The notes below the pieces were generated by a model. That model ran no database searches, was not told the origin of the DNA, and saw only the letters and a program-made list of their open reading frames with translations. A stretch of DNA of 64,000 bases, taken from positions 18,104,001 through 18,168,000 of the forward strand of contig NC_083235.1 of the NCBI RefSeq assembly GCF_032191835.1. Reading direction: 5' to 3'. A program made the translations under genes and the position numbers. Below, piece after piece: positions 58,620-64,000 of this stretch; the first letter of the stretch is position 1; each line of letters opens with the position of its first letter. Source of the DNA: Heteronotia binoei (lineage: Eukaryota).

Positions 58620-58886
58620 AGTATCTGACCTTCCAGGGAACTGTCAGGGTTGATTTCCCTTAGAACTGACTGATTTTATCTTCTTGCAGTCCAAGGGACT
58701 CTCAAGAGTCTTCTCCAGCACCACAATTGGAAAGCATCTATTCTTCTGCGCTCAGGAAGGGACAGGGGTTTCCCTTGGCCTGTCCTGTTAGTTCAGTTTG
58801 CCCCATGCTGGTTGATGCAAGTTAATAAAGTGGTCCTGTTTATACCCAGATTATGTTTGTTGCCTCGTTATTCCGACTGGGGGGGC
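58620..58886. mobile_element. BovB fragment (58620-58755, minus) fused to the end of the Ngaro B remnant (58756-58886, plus)
   Basis: gcagtccaagggactctcaagag... then gggtttcccttggcc...ttccgactggggggc, matching 14625-14758. Confidence 0.7.
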
Positions 58887-61800
58887 AAATACTGCTTCTC
58901 TTTGTATTTTTATTTATGTTTTTCTATCTTATTTCCCCTTCCCTTTTTTGCTTCTGTAACTCTGCATTTCCTACCCTTTTTATATTCAAACTTAATAAAA
59001 AAATTTAAAACAAACTTCCACAAATTGTAAGGCAGTTTGTGGGGGTTCATGAAGAGCAGAAAATGGCACTAAGCCATTTAAACCTCTGCTTTTTTGCTCA
59101 GGGGTTAAAATTGCAGAAAACAGGGGTTAGAATTGCTCCAAACCATGTAACCTCCAGCTTTCTCATCCCCACAGAAATGACCCCTAAGAAGAATTCCAGA
59201 ACCCCATCCTGGTCTTGCAGAAGAGAATTTACTTGATATACTTTTCACTTTTTCACTTAAAAAAAAATAAGTGAATGCTCGTGCCAATGGGCTTAACATG
59301 TTGATAACGAGCGTCTTCACACTTCTGTTCCCCTTTGCTTTCATTCTGCTGACCTATGGGCGCATTGGTCTAGCTGTCCTGCACATTCACTCAGCTGAAG
59401 GCCGGGGCAAAGCTTTATCCACTTGTGGCTCTCATCTGGATTCCGTGGGCATCTTCTATAGCACCGCCATGGCTGCATACCTGAGGCCTCAGGACAAGAC
59501 TTTCAGACAGGGAAAAAGTAGTGTCTATCTTTTATGGGTTGTGACCCCAATGCTCAACCCCTTCATCTACAGCCTGAGGAACAGGGATGTGAAGGGAGCC
59601 TTTTGGAGGCTGATTGGGAGGGAAACAGAGAAGTAAACCACTTGTGGACTCATTGTCTATACCAAGGGTGGCCAAACATACTTCTCATAAGAGCCACACC
59701 GAACAAACCTCAGATGTTTGAGAGCCACAAAACATGAACATCAGATGTTTGTGAATCACAAGACAGGAAGAAAGGAGGGAGGAAGAGAGAGATGGAAAGA
59801 AAGGAACTTTAAATGCATTCTCCAAGCCACCAGCTGCCTTGGCTTGGAGGAGTGGTTTAAAGAGAGAAATGTCTTCTCCAAACTGGTGATGGGGCGGTGG
59901 GGGCTTCGAGAGCCACACAATATGTGCGAAAGAGCCACAGTTCAGCTACCCCGGTCTATACTGATATCCTCTTAGAATGAATATGTCTAGCCATGTTTCT
60001 GTGTGTGACTTCAATGAACATGGTATGTTATTAATATCACGTTATCAGTGTACATTAATTTTTGCATAATAAATATATACATGAATGAAGCAGATAGGTT
60101 TCCTTCTTTTTCTTTGTTGAAAGGCAAAACCCAATTTGTTGTCAGTGTTTGCAATAACTTTGCTGACACTGAATTCAGAGGTATTGCAAGGGCAAAAGGT
60201 ACCCTTTGGGGAGGAAGCGGGGTGTGTGTGTGTGCAGATGCACTCTGAGTCATGAATTTCTGGCTTGGAGTGCATGCTCACAAGCCCTCTGCTTCTTCTC
60301 AAAAGGACTCAATGGGATCCTTTAAATGCTTTCAAGAAGAAGCGAGGATAGCACCCGCCCCTCTTCCTCCTGCAGGATCCAAAGGGCCCTCCAGATGACC
60401 AATGGGCCACATGCTCCCTGTCTATCAACTGAAGGACCCCTCACATCTTGCCGGAGGGGAGGGAGAGGAGCAGCTGCAGGTGGTCAGGGTTGGGGGCAGG
60501 ACTTCTCCCCACATGACAACTGACTGGAGGTGCATTGGAGCCCCCAAAACCAGGGGAACCCCACTGGGACTAGGAGGATGGTAATCCTAGGAAGGCCTAG
60601 GCCTCTGCCCTGTTGTCGGCTCTCCAGACGAACTGGCTGGCCATTGTTTGAGACAAGATGCTGGACTAGATGGCCCACTGGTCTGATCCAGCAGGGCTCT
60701 TCTGATGTTCTTAAAAGGCTTTGCCCTTCATCACTTCATCACTTTAATAAAGTGTTGGTCCTGTGTGAATTTCTGCTGATGGGAGTGGGGGTTCATGCCC
60801 TTCTCCCACTGAAGCCTTCCAGTTCCTCCCCTGTGTTCCTGGAGGTTCCCTGTCCATGAGGAAAAGTGTTTAAAGGGGCATTCAGAGTCTAAGCAGAAGA
60901 GTGTCATAGGAGGTGGTGGTGGTTACAAGCATAGACAGCTTCAAGAGGGGATTGGATAAGCATATGGAGCAGAGGTACATCAGTGGCTATTAGCCACAGC
61001 TTATCGTTGGAACTCTCTGTCTGGGGCATTAATGCTTGGTGCTTGGGGGGAGCACAGTGGGAGGGCTTCTAGTGTCCTGGCGCCATTGATGGACCTCCTG
61101 ATGGCACTTGGGTTTTTTGGCCAATGTGTGACACAGAGTGTTGGACTGGATGGGCCATTGGCTTGATCCAACATGGCTTCTCTCATGTTCTTACTGAAAC
61201 ACGAAATTCACAACCCACAGATAGAATCCCAATGGAAATTTCCCATGGATACAGGCCATGATGATTTTAACTTTTAATTCTGTATGCACAGCAATCTCCA
61301 AATTTTGAATTTGTATTGTGCTGAAATGTCATTGGGAATTATAATTCTAGGAGGGAAAGAAGATGAAGATAATAGCCTGATAATAACAATCGGGGGGGGG
61401 GGGGGAGAAGGCATGCTAAAAAAGGCATTTCAAGCCAGGAACTGGAGTAAATCCCTTTACCAACTTTTCAAGTTTGCAATTTGAGCTTCTGCTCTCCTTG
61501 TCATGGCTAATTGTCTCCATGGGATGTTGTCTTCTGGGCTCCCAAAGACAATTATGATCTTCAGGATGGAATCTTTTAAAATGTTCATGGATAGACTATA
61601 TCTGCTTTGGTGAAACCATTCTAGATTTTGCATGCTGCAATGAAAGAGAAGATAAAGTGAGTCATGAGGTATCTTCATTTTTTCAAATTCCAGAATATAA
61701 AACCCATTCACATTTTTTTTCAGAACGTATTCTAGAGTGTTTGAGTTCTTTCACAGTTGCATTGGATGGATTTGCAAAAAAATATTAACATTCCATGTTA

Positions 61801-64000
61801 GGAGTGCTCCTTGAAAGGGGATTAAATATTGAACCATGAGCAAAGGAGGTGTAGTTCCACTGAGCTATACTTTTTTTATTTTTTCATGAGAAAGACATTA
61901 AGCTATGGCCCAGTTCCTAGTGGAACATGAGAAAAGTGCAGCTGCATCCCTAACACCATCAGTCAAAATGATCTGGTGGTAGGTGATCAGAAAGACTTTT
62001 GGCAATTAACCCAAAGAGGACAACACTAACCTTGAGAGACTCTCAGGCAGCTTCGCATTGTTATGCTCTTAATTTGTGGATGTGAGACGGATTTAAGAGG
62101 TGTCATGTATTTGACGGAGACACTGATTCCCAGATCTTTGGTTATCATCAAATTCCTAGTGTGGTTCTTATTCTTCCATCTAATACATGACAACGTACAG
62201 AGAAACTCATATATTCTTTTTTGGTATGAACCTTTTCCCCCAGAAAATTATAGCAAACACTTGGGGATAATAATCGAGTGTTTTGTGTTATATTCAGTCT
62301 TGCTGAGAAATGTTAACTAAACGTAATGGATATGAAGGAAACACTTTTCCCTCAGCTAGTTTTTAAAAAGTTGTTATAGAAGTATGAGGGGAGAGTGGCC
62401 TTGGAGATACAAACCCATAGCTATACAGTTTTTCCCTTGGGAAGAAGCTTCACTAAATACAGTGGGTCTTATTTGTTTCCAGCAAGTGTGAGAAGGATCA
62501 CAACAGAAAATCCCAACTGCACCTCAAAGAAAACCCTGTTGAACTGAGCGGAACTTAAGTAAGATTGAACGGCATCTATAGATTCAATGTAGAACTTCTA
62601 GTGTGGTTGGGAAATCATTATGTTAATGTTTGTATTATAGTGATGGAGAGTGGAAAGACTGAATGTTATCACAAAGAAAGCATTCAGCAGGGGAAGCACT
62701 ACAGATGTTTTTGAGGTTTATTAAACGAAACAAGATCTGTAATGTGGACTTCCATCGTGAACATCTGAATGGCTTTGTCTCCAAACCAAGCTGCTACTTC
62801 AGTTGCATCTAGATCAAGCCCACGGCACTAGATGACTGGAAACCCCCATCGCTTGTACATAGATGATTAACCAAAGGGGAAAGCACAGCCCAACCTTTCA
62901 GTTCTGCAGTACGAAACCAAATTTCCACCTATTTCAGTATTCTGTTTCCAGTAGTGGCCAGCAAAAACTAACTTACCTTTTTTCAGGAAGGAAAGAAACA
63001 GATAAAGACTTGGAAGTGATTGAATACACTTCAGAGATAAATTTTTGGAGGTTTCTGCTCCAGGGCTGGTGTCCAGATCTTCAGACCATGGGACTTTGTT
63101 ACCTGTCATAGCTAATATTTATTGATAGATCCGTTTTATATGTTCTACATTGCTGTTAAAAATTATCCTCTTTCTCTGCTTCTGAAATTTCAGGAGTTCC
63201 TGTTAGAGAAGCTGATTTCCTTTTGCCCTAAGAGGGTACCAGCCTTGCTATCATAGAATATTGGCCCTATTGTGGTTCTACAAGACTTAGGGTTTCCTTC
63301 CCCCTCCCCCACCCTTACAGCTATTCACATGAGTGTGTTCCACTACTGTATGAGTTTTTCTTTGACATGGCACTTTGGTGCAAACTGTTGCAGGGATAGC
63401 GCTGTGGTGAAACTCCATCATAAAAGGACTGCAGAATGTTTCTGTCAATCTTCAAAACAAACAAGGTCAGTGGTTTCGTTATAATAATCAAATGTCAACA
63501 GTATTTAGAAAGAGACATCGAAAACATGTGAATATCCAGAGGAATCTTAGGATAGGGGGATGTAGTCAAATTGGACACTTTGGACTTTCTGATCCAAGTG
63601 CTGTGGAAAGAGACTTCATCTCTGCTCTTGGTGGATGCCTGGATCTTCAGATTGACCAGTGTGGGGAACAGCCTTAGAATCATAAAATTGGAAGGGACTT
63701 CCAGGGTCATCTAGTTCAACGTCCAACCCCATGCAAAATTCAGGAAATTCACAAATGCCTTTCCCACACACACCCAGTGACACCTGCTCCATGGCCAGAC
63801 TCATGCCCAGTCTTGATCAATAGCTTAGTAAATGTTTTGATGTGGAGCAAGAGACCAAGAAAGAGCTGCCAAGTTAGCAGCTAAGTTTGCCAGAAGCCAG
63901 GGCAGAAGGGCACAAGATCAGCGAACCCATTGGTTAGGCTATCGGGGTGCTACCTATAACAATTCATTATTAATAACAATTAAAATAATTAATGAAGCCT
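58756..64000 (+). repeat. Older, more diverged copy IV of the tandem unit (runs off the window)
   Basis: Same order of segments; keeps the second CR1 piece as in the OR-A flank; many SNPs and indels versus copies I-III. Confidence 0.88.
59278..59636 (+). pseudogene. 5'-truncated OR pseudogene fragment, copy 4
   Basis: Same 5' junction and same 2-nt deletion, but retains LRPQ and ETEK* like OR-A. Confidence 0.92.

Noticed and set aside
1-64000. CRISPR arrays, operons, prokaryotic defence systems
   Set aside because: The sequence is vertebrate; the repeats are segmental duplications, TEs and microsatellites, with no repeat-spacer array.

Overview
Vertebrate (eukaryotic) genomic DNA, almost certainly a squamate and probably a gecko, judged from Squam3-like, Sauria and 5S-Sauria SINEs, BovB, L2 and CR1 elements. 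The window is a class II olfactory receptor (OR) cluster with all genes on the + strand. It has four intact ORs forming two paralog pairs: OR-A ~5.1-6.1 kb with OR-C ~40.3-41.3 kb, and OR-B ~20.3-21.2 kb with OR-D ~51.6-52.5 kb. It also has four copies of a 5'-truncated half-OR pseudogene, three in a recently amplified ~7.17-kb tandem unit and one in an older copy of that unit. Two large retroelements are present: a decayed full-length Ngaro-type tyrosine-recombinase (DIRS order) element with split direct repeats and an SGNH hydrolase ORF (43051-49889, minus), and a very young Ty1/copia element with identical LTRs that lacks RT/RNase H (53828-57539). The most notable observations: (1) OR-A and OR-C share an upstream mini-exon that splices in frame and adds a 17-aa N-terminus; (2) solo-LTR-like A-spacer-B remnants of a Ngaro relative were amplified with the tandem unit; (3) the RT-less, integrase-defective copia was apparently mobilised in trans; (4) a conserved non-coding block upstream of the ORs was multiplied without its gene. 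Two N gaps (7919-8053, 8224-8435) and near-identical repeats mean copy number needs read-level confirmation. All family names come from motif recognition by eye, not database searches.
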